IMG/VR virus record: IMGVR_UViG_3300035501_000169
Span: 30,455 to 94,454 of that record
DNA length: 64,000 nt
From: a virus
Taxonomy: Duplodnaviria; Caudoviricetes
Reading direction: 5' to 3' (one strand)
Positions 21,074-34,800 of the stretch are shown here, in pieces (positions within the stretch are counted from its first letter, which is position 1; each line of letters opens with the position of its first letter). A model generated the notes under the pieces. The model was not told the DNA's origin. It ran no database searches and saw only the letters and a program-made list of their open reading frames with translations. The translations under genes and the position numbers were made by a program.

Positions 21074-21110
21074 AAAAATAGTTCTGCTATCTTCACAGAC
21101 AACAGAACTA
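21074..21110 (-). terminator. intrinsic terminator ending the - strand block
   Basis: minus strand tagttctgttgtct-GTGA-agatagcagaacta plus ttttt. Confidence 0.85.
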
Positions 21111-21230
21111 CGCGGACTAAATCCATGCAAATATTCACCTCCTTCAAAAATTATGTCAGGACTTAAATTATTGCAAATATAATATAAAGTTGTAATATAT
21201 GCTATTTTGAAATATTAATATTTCATAATT

Positions 21231-22739
21231 TTAATAGTCACCTTCAATACTTAGACGACCACCGAGTTTATATTTATCATACTCTCGTGTTTCATATAAA
21301 TTAAAACGTCTACTATAATTATTTACATTTCTAATATAAACATTATTTTCAGGAGTGGCTGTATGATTTGTAAGTTGCTCATTATGTCCATTCCATTTAT
21401 ATAATAAAGCATGATAAGGATTAATAGTTATTCCTTCTTGATTTGTAAAAGTTCTGCCTTTAACCTCTGTATTATACATATGAGCTAAACGAGCAATAGT
21501 TGCAATAGCAGAACCACCAGCTGTTTTTATAGAATTATTATCAATTCCAAGCTTAGAATAAATCGCTTGAAGCTCTTTATTATCACCTTTATTTTTAATC
21601 TGAGTATATCCTCTACTAATAGCGTGATTTGTACCTTTTATTAATTGTATCATTCCTTCTCCTAATCGTTGTTTCATACTATATCTGTAAGCAGTTCCAA
21701 ACTTACTTTCTTGTTCTGCTAAACCTAAAGCAAGTTCCGCTAAATGATTATATTCATCAGAAGTAAGACCAAATTCTTTTTGAAGTTGCTTTTTGTTATT
21801 TACAATACTTTGAGCAAAATTCTTTCTATTTGTATCATATCTGTAATCACCTGTATTAGTCCAAGTAAGTTTAAGAGGAGTATAACTTCTATCTATAGTT
21901 GTATTATAATCATCCCAGTTTTCCATAGAATGACCAGATTCACTTATATCGTCTTTGGTATAATTACCGTAAGGATTATCTGCCGTAAAATTAAGTTTAC
22001 CACCTTTAAGAACAAATCTAGAACCTTCTTTTTCAGGTAAAGTATAAACCCTATCTCCTACTCCAAGAAATTGTGTCATATCTTTAAGACTTTGTTTTCC
22101 AATACGAACACAGCCATTACTAAAACTAGCAGTATTTCCTATATGAAAAGAAGATGCAATATTATCATCTACTAAATTATCAGATTGATACCATTTTCCA
22201 TTTTCATCTTTCTTCCATTCTTTAACTTTTCCTACTTCGTTTTGATTATTAACACGACCTCTAGTAAAACTAGGTGCTCCGTGATATTCTCCAGTAGATG
22301 TTATTTGTGTAATACCAGCTGGTGTTGAATTATTACCTCCATAATTTTCAATTCCACTATTTCCTCTATAAGTTACAGTATTATAATCATTTCCAGATTT
22401 ACCAAAACTTATATCATTTGTTGAATAAAGTTCGTTATTGTCTTTATCATATACAGTAAGTTTTCTATTCTTTTTATCAACTATAACATAATTACTGTTA
22501 TGTTTATAACCTTGTATAGCAGATACATTATCAAGATTAAATCTGCTTTCTCTTTGACGTTCTGCTCTAATGTCAACAGTTTCTTTTATTTTATCTGGTT
22601 CAAGACGAAGTTCGTCACCAGGATGTATCATATTTTTTTTTGTTGGATTAAGCTTAATTAGTTCATCTAAACTAATATTATTATCTTTAGCAATTTTCCA
22701 AAGACTATCACCTTTTATAACTTTATATTTTTTAGCCAT
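21231..22739 (-). CDS. LysM + L,D-transpeptidase (YkuD-like) + putative lysozyme-fold peptidoglycan enzyme
   Basis: YKVIKGDSLWKIA...LN...IHPGDELRL (LysM); IVDKKNRKLTVY, TPAG and H-x8-SNGCVR (YkuD-like); EQESKFG...GYTQ...WNG (transglycosylase-like). Start taken at MAKKY (22739). Confidence 0.75.
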   Translation of the reverse strand: MAKKYKVIKGDSLWKIAKDNNISLDELIKLNPTKKNMIHPGDELRLEPDKIKETVDIRAERQRESRFNLDNVSAIQGYKHNSNYVIVDKKNRKLTVYDKDNNELYSTNDISFGKSGNDYNTVTYRGNSGIENYGGNNSTPAGITQITSTGEYHGAPSFTRGRVNNQNEVGKVKEWKKDENGKWYQSDNLVDDNIASSFHIGNTASFSNGCVRIGKQSLKDMTQFLGVGDRVYTLPEKEGSRFVLKGGKLNFTADNPYGNYTKDDISESGHSMENWDDYNTTIDRSYTPLKLTWTNTGDYRYDTNRKNFAQSIVNNKKQLQKEFGLTSDEYNHLAELALGLAEQESKFGTAYRYSMKQRLGEGMIQLIKGTNHAISRGYTQIKNKGDNKELQAIYSKLGIDNNSIKTAGGSAIATIARLAHMYNTEVKGRTFTNQEGITINPYHALLYKWNGHNEQLTNHTATPENNVYIRNVNNYSRRFNLYETREYDKYKLGGRLSIEGDY

Positions 22740-22756
22740 ATCTTGAATATAATTAA

Positions 22757-22789
22757 GTAGAAAGGTTATCAAGTTGACAACCTTTCTAC
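22757..22789. terminator. stem-loop just after the RNAP stop codon
   Basis: gtagaaaggtt...aacctttctac; the right arm overlaps a copy of the 12-mer motif. Confidence 0.5.
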
Positions 22790-22800
22790 AGGGGAGCTTG

Positions 22801-25800
22801 TTATTTTCTAATCCAATCAGCAATATCTTTGACTGGAACTATAGATAACATATTATCCCCAAGTTTATAATACTTATTACTACGATTAAGTCTTTCTACC
22901 ATATTAATAGCGTGATATACAGGAATTTGACGTCTAACGTTAACCCAAAGTTTATTTTCACCAGCATAAAGTCCAGTTTGATAATAAGGGTCGAAATCAT
23001 CACCTTGCATACACCATTGAGCAATAAAACCAAGACTACTAAATATATCTTCAATTCCATTCTCAACTGCAACAGGACTTGACCAAAGTTTCTTACCTTC
23101 AGACATAAGACCAAAAGGATTATACATGAAAGACTCAGAAGCAAGACGGTCACATTCATACATTGCCAAGTTATAAATGATTCCTTCATCGTCATCTCCT
23201 CCAGCTATAACTCTAAGAGCAATAGCCATACAAAGAGCAGAAGCTACACCTGCAATATCACCTATAGCTCTTCTGATATTAGCTCTATCATATTCAGGAA
23301 GCATTTGATAATTAGTCTTAACATGAAGAGCAAATTCAATATAATTTTTAATTATATTTTGTATTCCTTGAACAGATTGAAGTTCACTATCAGAAATATT
23401 AGTATCAGCTTTTAATTTGTTAACAAACTTCTTTTTATGAAGTGGAAGAGAAAGGAAATCTTTAATAGAAGCATAACATCCTTTTTCAACAGTACCACGT
23501 TCCTCGTTAAAGTAACCTTGTCTACGATAACGTTTCATAATACCAGGATATAGATGTTTATGATATTGCATTACAATACCACCCCACCAATAAGATTCCC
23601 ATTTAGCAGCACCAAGTCTATCATAAACGCCATGTATCTTTTTATTAACTGATATAACACGACCTTTGAATCTACCTAAAAGTTGATAAGCTTCATCTCC
23701 CATTTCCATTAACTTAGAATCTTCTTTGAAGTCTAACTTACCATCTTTTCCAAGTTTTAATTGACTCATAAGAGTAGGATGCTCTGTATCATCGTTAAAT
23801 TCAGCTTTAGCTTTATTTTGATAATCTTTACGTTTATCAATAAACTCTTTCTTTTGTTCATCATTTAGATAAAGATTAGCAAATTCTGTTGTTAAATCTT
23901 TTCTAAACCAAGCATATTCTTTTTTATTATTAGCATCTTTAGTTTCATATTCTGTAAATTTTTTCCAAAGTTGTTTTTGACTATCAGTTAGAACATCTTG
24001 AAGTGCTTTCTCATTAGCATCACGCATATGCTCAGCTTCATTTTTAAGAGTATAGCTAAGTTTGCCATTACTATCTTTTTCACGATTAATAAATAGTCTA
24101 TGACTATGTATCATACTAAACATAGCACCATTTTGCATAAAATGTTCACCCATTGCTTGAGGACTAAACATTAAATCTCTAGCACGTTTCATATATTCCT
24201 CTGCATCAGGAACATGAACAAGACCAGAATTTTCATCAAAGTCCACAACATTCATGAACTTAACAATAGCACTACCGAGAGAACTTGCACGTTCACTATA
24301 CATATCAGCAAAGAAACTAGGAAGAGACGTTTGCCAAGTAGCTTTACCTTTAAGATAAGTATCCATACCAAAATATTCTCTAGCTAGACTTTCACCAAGA
24401 ATTTGAGTTTCACCTACAGTAACGTTGGCTATACCGCCAGTAATATTAAGCATCATAAACTTAGCAGAAGTAAGGCTTTGCATAATATTAGCAGTACGAG
24501 TTAATCTATTATTAGGTTTTTTCCATTGGTCATATACAAGTCTACGAATCCAATTGACATATTGTTCTTGAAGTCTTGTATCTTTTTTAGTAACATATCT
24601 AGTTTCTCCTTCAGCGTTTCTACTACCTTCTTTTTGAAGATTATTAAAGCCTTCATTTTTAACAAATACATCTATTTTATCAAGCATATTCTTAGCATAA
24701 AATAGCATATATTTATTGTCTTGAATAGCATTAAAATGTGCTGCTTTTTCAATGAAATCTTCCATAACAGATTCCCAATTATCATCCAAAAGTTCTCTAT
24801 GAATTTTAGCATTTTGTTCTTCTGCTTTTTTCTTATTTTCATTATAAGTTTTTACAGCTTCATTATAAGCATTTTCATCTTCATAATCTTTTTTATCAGG
24901 CATTTTATAATTAACTTTGACACTATCTTTAGACTTAAGAGTAGACATCATGGGCATATCTATAGTTTCATCTGTAGCATAATCTACATCTTCAGTCCAA
25001 TCTTCTTTACCAGAAGCTCCTTCAATCCAACCAAGCATTTTAGCAGCTTCTTTAGCATAGAATTTAGCATCTCTTTCAGGAGATTTAGCTCTACTAGCCA
25101 TATAACCTCTATCAAGAAAACGTTTAGCTGAATTAGTTGTAGCCATACTACGAAGAGTATTTTCAAATAGCTCTTTCATTTCTCTTTCAGCATCAGTCAT
25201 ATTATTTTTGTTGCTATAATCTGTGCTATCAAAATTAATATTATCTACTCCAAAAGGAAGATTATCATGTTGTTGAGGTGTAAAACCTTCTTTTTTATAA
25301 TTAGCTGCTGTACTAGCACCTTGTTTATAATTATGATTTAGATAATCAGGTTCGCCATCTCTTCCGTCTTTAGGTCTAGTTTCAAGTTGACCAAATGCTG
25401 GAACCCACATACCAGCTTCAGTATGTTCTCCGTCATCAGCCATTTGATTAACCTCAAGTCTAGTCCAACATTGAATAGGCTCTTTAGCATGAGTATAAGG
25501 ATTGTAAATATGATTAGCATTATACCAAGCATTAAACTCTTCTTTACCTTTAGCTTGCATTTCCTTATACTTTTGATAATAATATTCAGTTTTAGTAGAA
25601 GTAGTGTAAGCTCTAACAGTACGAAGAGCATCAGTTTTCTTTTTATCTACATACGTATTATCACCAGTTCCATCTTTTTTGTAACCTTTTGGAACAGCAT
25701 AGCCATATATGTACTTATTTGGAACAACTGTGTCTTTACCATCAATTTCTTCAATTCGTTCATTTACTCTTTGCCAAACACGAAGATAATTACCGCCAAT

Positions 25801-28800
25801 AGCAATAGCTGCATCTTTTTCAGCTTGATATTTATCCATATCATAAACAAACTCAACATGGTCTTTTATAAATTTGTGAACAGATTTACCATTACTAGAA
25901 TTTTCAGTCTTTTTAATATCCTCTAATTCTTCATAAAGTTTATCAAGCTTTTCAAGTTCCTCAGTAGTCATTTTAGCAGTATAAACTGTTTTACTACTAT
26001 TGTCATAATAAGGAAGAAGTATTGCGTTGATTTCATTAACCTTAGCAATATAATCTTGGTTTTTAGCACCATTAAGAGTCATACCTTTATAAAAAGCAGA
26101 ACTAAAAATAGTGTCATCTGTAGGAGCACTATTTATAAGACTTCTATCACTAAAAGGTTGTCCTTCTCTAATATTATAATTAGCAAGTTGTTCAGCTTTT
26201 ATTTTAGCAATATCTTCATCTGATATTTTAGTAGCATCTATAACGCCGTGACTATCATAAAGATTATCACGTTTAGCTATAGCGGAAAGAATCTGTCTAC
26301 CACTTCTTTTTTCACGAAGAATAGCAAAAGCATCGTTGATTAACTTTTGAGTTTCTTCACCCACAACATAACGAGCATTGTGTTCAACCCATTCTTTAGC
26401 TTTAACATAATCATCATGTTTCATAAGTTCAGAAACAGGAGTAGTAATGTTACCAGTACTATCTCGCATTTCATAATTAGATATTATATCAAGATTCTTT
26501 TCAAGTTCTTCATCGAAACCAAATTTAGCATCTTGAGCAAAATATTCTTTACGCAAATCTCGCATAGCAGAGAGATGAGAAGATAAAGCATTAGCAGCTT
26601 CTATACTCATAATAGCTCTGTCATCTCCTCTTAACGGATTATTAGGGTCACTATTAGAAAACTTCTCTTCAAACTGCCCCGTAGAAGAGTTAAAGAAATA
26701 AGGAGCAGTTAGAGCATCCATTTCTTTCTTAACTTGTTTAAGTTCATCTTGATAGCTTTCTTCAAGAGTTCCATTTACGGCATGACTAAGAATATCTTTA
26801 CGCCTAGCATCTAACTTTTTATAAACACTATAAGTTTTACTATAGTGAGTAAGCATATGATTTTCTAATTCAAGCTTACGTTGATAATAATCATCAACAA
26901 GAAGTTGATTAGTATGTTCAAGTTTAAACTTGTCATAATCATATTTTGCTTTAAGATGTTCTATACTACCTTCACCAAATTCGCTTCGTTTAGCACCAAT
27001 ATCTTCTCGAAGTTGATTTAGTTTATCTATAAATTCTTGATTATAATCTTGAACAAATTTTCCATCTTCATCAATTATATGCTTCCAATTTATAGCATTA
27101 GCACCAGCTTTACCTTTAATTTCTTTGACTTTATCTCTAAACTCTCTAATACGTTTAGTAGCAAGCATCTCCTTAGCTCTAATGTCACCCATAACTTCTT
27201 TAGTTATAATTTGAAGAAGAGGACTAGAAGTTTCTTGAAGGTCATTAACCCAAGCATCAAAAGCAGCAGCACTATGATAACCATCCAAAAGGCTAAGTAT
27301 ATCACCTTGAACTAGAGGATTTTCACTAAGTTTAGCTAAATACTCATTTGCAAATCTTTCTTCTGCATTATTTATAATAGTAGCATTCTGAAGTTTGTTA
27401 ATAGCTGTTTTAATCTTAGTAAGATAATTTCTAATAGCAGGGTCTTCAGAATCTATATCAAGGTCATTAATCATTCTATAATTTCGTACAAAAGCACGAG
27501 CATCAAGAAGGGTTTTAAGAAAACGTTTACGCTCTTCAGGATTATTACGAATTAAATCAATAGTTTCAGAATCGTTCACACTGTGATAATGACCTTCCGC
27601 ATCAGGAATAAAATATTCCAAATCATTTAGAATTTTATCAGTAGTAACCTGAACATATTCTGCTGTAGTAGTTATAACTTCGTTAACATTATTTTTAACA
27701 GAAGCATCAGTAGATTTTATATCTTTATCATGAAGTCGTTTTAGAGCTTTAGCAGCAGACATATCATTTTCGGATATTTGACGACGCCACATAGTTTGCA
27801 TAGAATGAGTTCCAAGTTCTGTTACACTAGAATGCATAATTTCATTTGGAGTTTCTTCTTCATCTACTTCTACAGTAGCTTGTCTTTCGTTGTAAGGAGT
27901 AATAAGAAAAGCATCATTGACTCTGTAACCTGCAAGTTGAGCATTTTCCATTATAGCTTGAATTTGTGGGTCACGTTCTTGAACTTCTCTATGTTCATTA
28001 TTCTTTCCAATATACTTCTTATTATACTTACTAAAATCTACTTTTTGAATTACATATTGTCTACCATTAATAGTTTGAATACTACCGTTAGCAGCACTAG
28101 TATATTTTATGTAATTAGCCAAAGCAGCACTGCGAAGATATAACCTACCTCTAGGATTAGTTTTAAAGAAGTTAGTAACTTTATTTCTAACATCTTCAAA
28201 ACCACCACTATCTACAGTTCTTTCAGCATTTATATTAAATGTAGTAGCATAGGTAGAATGTTCAGCTTTATTCTTATTAACAAATTTATGTTCAGATTTT
28301 TTAGCTCTAGCTTCTTCTATAGCTCTAGAATATTCATCTGTATTAGGATTTTCATCTTCTATAGCAGAAAGCAATGCTTGATAATAGCTTTCATCAGGAT
28401 TAACATTATTAGCTACGTTAACAGACCAAGTAGAACTTTCGTTCTCTTCAAGTTTATTAAGAGGATAAGCATAAATATGATTACCATATTCTTTTATTTT
28501 ATAAAGTTTTTCAACTTTACCAAAACGAAGTTTTACATATTGATTTACACTATAGTTTCCTTTATCACCTGTAGTAAATATAAAATCATATTTTTCAGCA
28601 AGTTCTTTTCCTTCTTTTGTAGCTAAATCAATAAGTACAATATCATCACCAAGATTACGAGATAATTCAAATTGTTTATTAACTTTTTCAACTCTATGAG
28701 TTGCAATTTGATACATACTACTGTAATGACTTCTAACAAAATTGTTACGAAGTTCATCAGTATTCATAGTATCAATATCTCTAATTTTAGTATTCAATTG

Positions 28801-31800
28801 ATTTACAATTCCAGTTCCATCATGGTCAGCATCATCAATAAGAGCATCATTTTTGATAACTTTATTAACAGCATTACGTTTCATTTTGAAACCTTCAACA
28901 GCAAAAGCATACTTAACAATGTCTAAACTTGCAAGAGCTATAAGAGGATTACTGTTATAGAAACATTTATTAAATTCATTATATACAGTTTCTATATTAT
29001 CGTTTCCTTCAACATATTCGATAGTTTGAGCACCTGCCTTAGTCTTACGATATTGAGTATTATTAAATAAAGTAGTACGAATATATTTAAATACTCCAGT
29101 TTCTCTAAAATGTTCTTGTATCCAAGTAACTTTTTGAGCAGGACTTAACGTAGCAAATTGGTCAATTTCTTTTTGAGTAGGATTATTAATATCTTCTACT
29201 TCAAATTCAACCATTTCACCATCTTCATTTTTAACTCGTAAGTCAGGGGATTTACCATATCCAAAGATTCTTCTACGTTCTTCTTCAACATCAGTTCCAG
29301 CTTCAAATCTGAAACCTTCACCTTGTATGTAAGTAACTTTATTTCTTACAGCATCAGTTTGACCATAAATATAATTAAGAATATAATTTTGATATTCTTT
29401 ATATACTTTTTCACTTAAAGTTTTATTATCGCCTGTAAATGCTAATTTAATTAAGCTAACATCAGAAACAAATTCACGACTTTGAGTTTTAAATAAATGA
29501 CGATTTACTTTAATAGCTGTAGCTGTAGCATATTTAAGAAAATGATGAAGAGGAGGATATGCAGAGTTCATATCACTAGAAGTTATATAATTATCAAGAC
29601 CTCTAGTAACTCCAGGATAAATAGCTTCAAGAAAAGTTTGATTTCCTTTTTCTTTACTTTCTACATACAACGCAGGATGTTCTTCTCTAGATAATTCATC
29701 AATATCATCAAATACTTTATTTGTAGCAAAAATAGTTTGTTTAGCACCAAACTTATCAGGATTACAAACACGAGCATAAGATGAAATAGAATTACCTAAA
29801 TGAGAAAGTTTATTATATTGAAGTATGACTCCTAAGTCGTATAGTAATCGCATCTTCATCTCTACGGGGGAGCTTCCTTCAAATATACCTTTATCTTTAA
29901 GTCTATCTTTAAGTCTGCTAGCAGCTATAAGAAGTTTAGCAGATTCTTTATCATCTAAACTAATTTTAAAATTAGCAGTACCAGCACCAAACAATCTAGC
30001 AACTTGTCCATTATACTTTTGAAGTTTAGTCATTATACTATCAATGGACTCTCTATCACTAACTTCTATTCCATCAATAGAAAGAAGTTCTTTAGCTAAA
30101 CTTTTTATAGCAGTATGAACCGGATTTTTATTATCTTTACTATAAATAGATTTATTGCTGTTATAAGCATCAACTATTCTACTAATACCGGGTTGCATAA
30201 TAAATGAAACACCAGTTTCATAATCAGAACCTAAATCAGGAAATAGTTTATATACTTGGAAAGTTAAATCATTAACATTAGGAATAGCTCCTTCCTTAAC
30301 AGCATCAAGAATATGAGCTGTAGTTTGAGAAGAATAAGCAGTAAGAATTTTACCAACACTATTCTTGTTGTTTTTAGTCCAACCAAAAGTATTATGACTT
30401 ACAACAAATACGCCGTCTGATATTTCTTCAACATTATCAAAAGTCTTTTTAAGAGCAGCTTTTGTATAACCATCTTCAGCTCTATAAACTATTTTAACTT
30501 GTTGAGCATCACTAATTGTTGGTCTAACTGTATTACAAATAGAACAGAAAGTATCACGAGTAACACTAAATGCTTTAAGTTTAGCGCCACTCATAACATC
30601 TTCTTGATATTCAGCTTGGTCAAGGAAATTATAAGGAGAACGTTGATTACGGCGTTTAGCTATATTTTCATCAATAGAAGCATTACGAGCATTAATAATA
30701 TCTTCAAAATTAGAACGAGAAAGATTTTCTTCTAATGACTCAGAACTAGAAAGAATATCAATCATAGATTGTAATAACTGATTATTACGAGCATCTCTGT
30801 TATTTCTTTCTGTAGCATCTAGATTAGAATATTCTTGATAACTTAAAAGACCTGCGTCTTTAGCAAGTTTTTCAATATTAGCAAGACGTTCTTCTTGAAG
30901 CTCAGAAATACCATTCATAAGCTTCTCTCTATAATCTTCAGAAGCATTATTAATGAAATCATTAATTCCTTGTCTTACTGTAATATATTCTTGAATTTGA
31001 GATTTAACATCTTCTGAAAGCTCATTATTCTCTATGTATTGAGTAAGACCTTCGACAACATTATTATTTTGTTGAGTGTATTTTTCAAGTTTAGATTTAC
31101 CACTAGTATGTTTCTCTTGAAGTTTTTTAATTTCATTTCTAACTTCATCAGGAAGAGCGTGATATTTTTCTCCTTCAGTTTCAAGCATATCGTTGTAATC
31201 CTCGTTTCGCTTATCATTGATAGCTTCTTTGAGAGATTCAATTTGACCTTTAATCTTAGTAGATACTTTATGGTCAAGTTTACGACGAATATAAGAAAAA
31301 TAATCTTGTTCTGTAACTTCTTGTTTATAAGGTATTTTTTCTATAAGACCAGTCTTTTTATTAACTTTACCTTTAAAATTAATACCATAAACAGAGTCAA
31401 TATCAAAGTCAGAACCTGTTTGAGAAACCCAATCATCAGGAACTACAATAGTTGAACCAAGAGCATCATCAGTAAAACCAACGACCTTCATAACACAAAT
31501 AGATTGTTTACCTTCAGTAGGAATACGATAACCAATCATTGTATCAAGACCTGAATTTTGAAGTTCTTCTAACAATTCTTCATCAGTTTTACGACTACCA
31601 TCCGCTTTTTCTCGTTTTAAACCAAAGTTATTAGCAGGAAGCATTATTTCAATATAAGGCTTACCATCAGGATGATATTTCAAATCTTTACTATAACTTC
31701 TACTTTGAACTTGACCACTTAAAGGACTCCAACCAACATTAGTAATCTGAGCAGCATGGAATCCAGGAAGTTTCTGACGAGTAATGCGAGAATTAAACAT

Positions 31801-34800
31801 ACTCTGAGCAATACTTTCAAGTTTAGTTGAAACACTGCTCAAATAAGTTGGCATCTTAGTATCAGGAACATCATCGTTTATATTAGCATTTTCAGCTAAA
31901 GTAACATAATCCATCATATTACTGTCAAGACCAAGACGAGCAACTTCTTCTTTTAATCTGTCATAAAAAAGTTGAACATCAAGTCCAGTAATATCACGTT
32001 TTCCATTTTTATCTTCGAGTTTAAGATTTCCATTTTCATCAAGTTGAAGATTAAGTTCATCAACTAAATCTTGGAAACTTTCTTTAATATTAGCAGAATA
32101 AAGTTTGAAGAACTCTTCTTTTTTAGAATAAAGCTCACTACCAGGAACGATATTATCAAGTATTTTCTTCATAATCTGAATACCTGCTTTATTCTTATTA
32201 TCTACGTGTTGAGGAGTTTCTTGTTGAGTGTAAAGATAATTATAATTATATTCTTCTACAGCACCAGTAGCATTAAGTCTAAAGTCTTCAACGTTTTCTT
32301 CTGTTATTTCCCCTTTATCATTCCAAATAGTAAGAACATTACACTTACCAGCTTTAGAAGTTTCTTCAGTATTTAATTGGTCAATACCTTTTTCTTTCAT
32401 CAAATTATAAACTTGTTCAAGTTGAGTTCCTTCAATTAAACGAGGAACAAGAACAAATTCAGCATTTTTAATTTGACGAGGAGCAATTACGCCAAGTTTT
32501 TCATTGTAATGTTGGTCATAATAAAAGTTCTTTTGTACTTGAATAAATTCACCAATTACATTAGCATCTAGAGGTTTAGTTTCATCAAGAACAGCTTCAA
32601 TAAGAGGCATATATTTTTCAAGTTGACCTCTAGCAGACACACGTCTAATCCATTCTTCAAATGTAATATAAGATTGAGCGTCATTTACAGTAGTTCCGTT
32701 AAAACCACTCATCATATTACGAGCTTTCTCGGTAGCTGCTTTTACACTCATACCACCTTCATGAAGAGCATCTATAAGTTTCTTAGTAACAACACCATCT
32801 TTAGTTTTCTTTTTAGCATCATAAATAGAACATTCTTCACTAGTACGAACTGTATTTTTGATAGTTACTCCTCTAAACTTATTATACTGTCCTATTTCTA
32901 AGGTTTCAGTAGTTCCATCAGCTTTTTTACGAACAAATGTTTTATCATTAAGTCGACTTTCTATTTGTTCTCTAGGAGTAGAAAGATTCATAGTATAATC
33001 TACAATACCATATGGAACACCAGAACCTTGAGATTCTTTAGCACGTTTAAGAAAAGTTTGAGTATCTTTATAAAACTTAGTATCTCCTTCAAATAAATCA
33101 TTAAAAGAAACATACATGAGATGATGATTTAAAGCAAATTCTGCCACATTATCATCTGTAAGTAAATGTTGTGGAATAAAATCTTCATATTGCGTAATAC
33201 GTTCTCTCGTATCTTCAACATAATCATTTATAAATTGAGAAAGATATTTATCCACAATATTTTCTTGTTCATCTGTAAGTTCGACACTAACACCTTTTTG
33301 ACCACGTTTAGTATGCAAATAAGTGTTATTAGCTCCCCCGTAGAGGAAATCAAATGCTTCTTCTAATATCTTCTCACCATAATTAACTTCACTTACATTT
33401 CCATTTTCATCTGTATGAGTAATAACAAATCTATCACTATGAAATACAGAACCTGTTAATTTACTGATACCATTTTCAGTTTTATCTAAAATTGTTTTAC
33501 CTTTTCCAACATGATATACAGCATATAGTTTACGAGCTGTATTTTTAGTGTTATCGTATCCTTCGTTAAATGTAAAATTTTCACCATCTGTAGCAATTAA
33601 ACCGTTTTCATTTACAAAGAATTTATCAAGAGCCGTAGCAGCATCTTGAAGTTCTTGCATAAATGCGTGTTTAAATTGTTTATAAAGAGGATGATTTTTA
33701 TTTATACTACGCTTAATATCTCCGCTATTAATAAGTTTTCTTTCAAAATGATTTTTAAGAGAATTATTAACATCTGAAGAATGAGCGTTATCGGCGAAAC
33801 TTACAAACTCAGGAGCTTTAAGTATAAGTCTACCATTATCTCTACTTAAAGTTCCTTTAAGAATATATATATTATCTACACCTTCTTGTGTTCGATAATT
33901 AAAGGTCATTGTTACAGTATCACCAACTTTAGCATCCTTTTCATTTACTTGTTTTAGACTATTAATAAAAATATTTCCTATATTTTTAGAAGTAGCATCA
34001 GAAACAAGTTGTCTTAAAGTTCTCTTAGTAGGATTGAGAGCAACATATTTTCCTAAATATTCTTCTTCAGTAATTCTATAAAGAGAATTAATTTGTTGTT
34101 GAACAAGTTTACGAGCTTCACTAATGTTATCTATAGTAAACAAACCATCATTTTTACCCGAAGCAGATTCTCTGATAGTATATTTAGGAGCAGAGATAAT
34201 AAAGTTTTTAGGAGCATCAGAAGGAATACGCATAAAATAGTTAGCAAAATCAATACTATCTCCTTCTCTTTCACTATCTCTATTTTCTTCAGCATTAAAG
34301 AAATTAATAAATCCTGTAGCAACATAATCTCCTTTACTCATTTCTGAATAAAGAACACTAGTTGAACTTCCCATATCACTAGCACCATTAAACAGCCTAG
34401 CATTTAACATACGAGCTGCATAACTAGTCGGAGTAAATTCATTGGTTTCGGGATTATGACTAAATAAACCAAAGTTTATTATTCTACCATTCTCATCTCT
34501 ATGTTCAACCATTATATTGCTGAAATCATACTGACGAGTTTGAGATTTATAAATACCAAAATTCTTAAGAGCTTCTGGAGTACGAAGCGTATTAAGAATA
34601 TTAGTAATCATACTGTTATTAATAACATCAGATGATTGATTACCATGAACATTACGAGAATTGAGTTCTGTTTTTACAAGAGTATAACGAACTAATTCTT
34701 TAGCAAGTCTAAAAGCAGCAGCTTGTGAAGAAGAATCAACATATTCTTTTTCATATAAAGGAGTAATGTCCATATATTCGTCAGGACTTACTTTTCTTTC

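Noticed and set aside
20893-21230. tRNA genes in the larger intergenic gaps (also 57141-57430 and 60530-60710)
   Set aside because: No cloverleaf or T-loop GTTCRA with matching stems seen by eye; tRNAscan-SE would be decisive.
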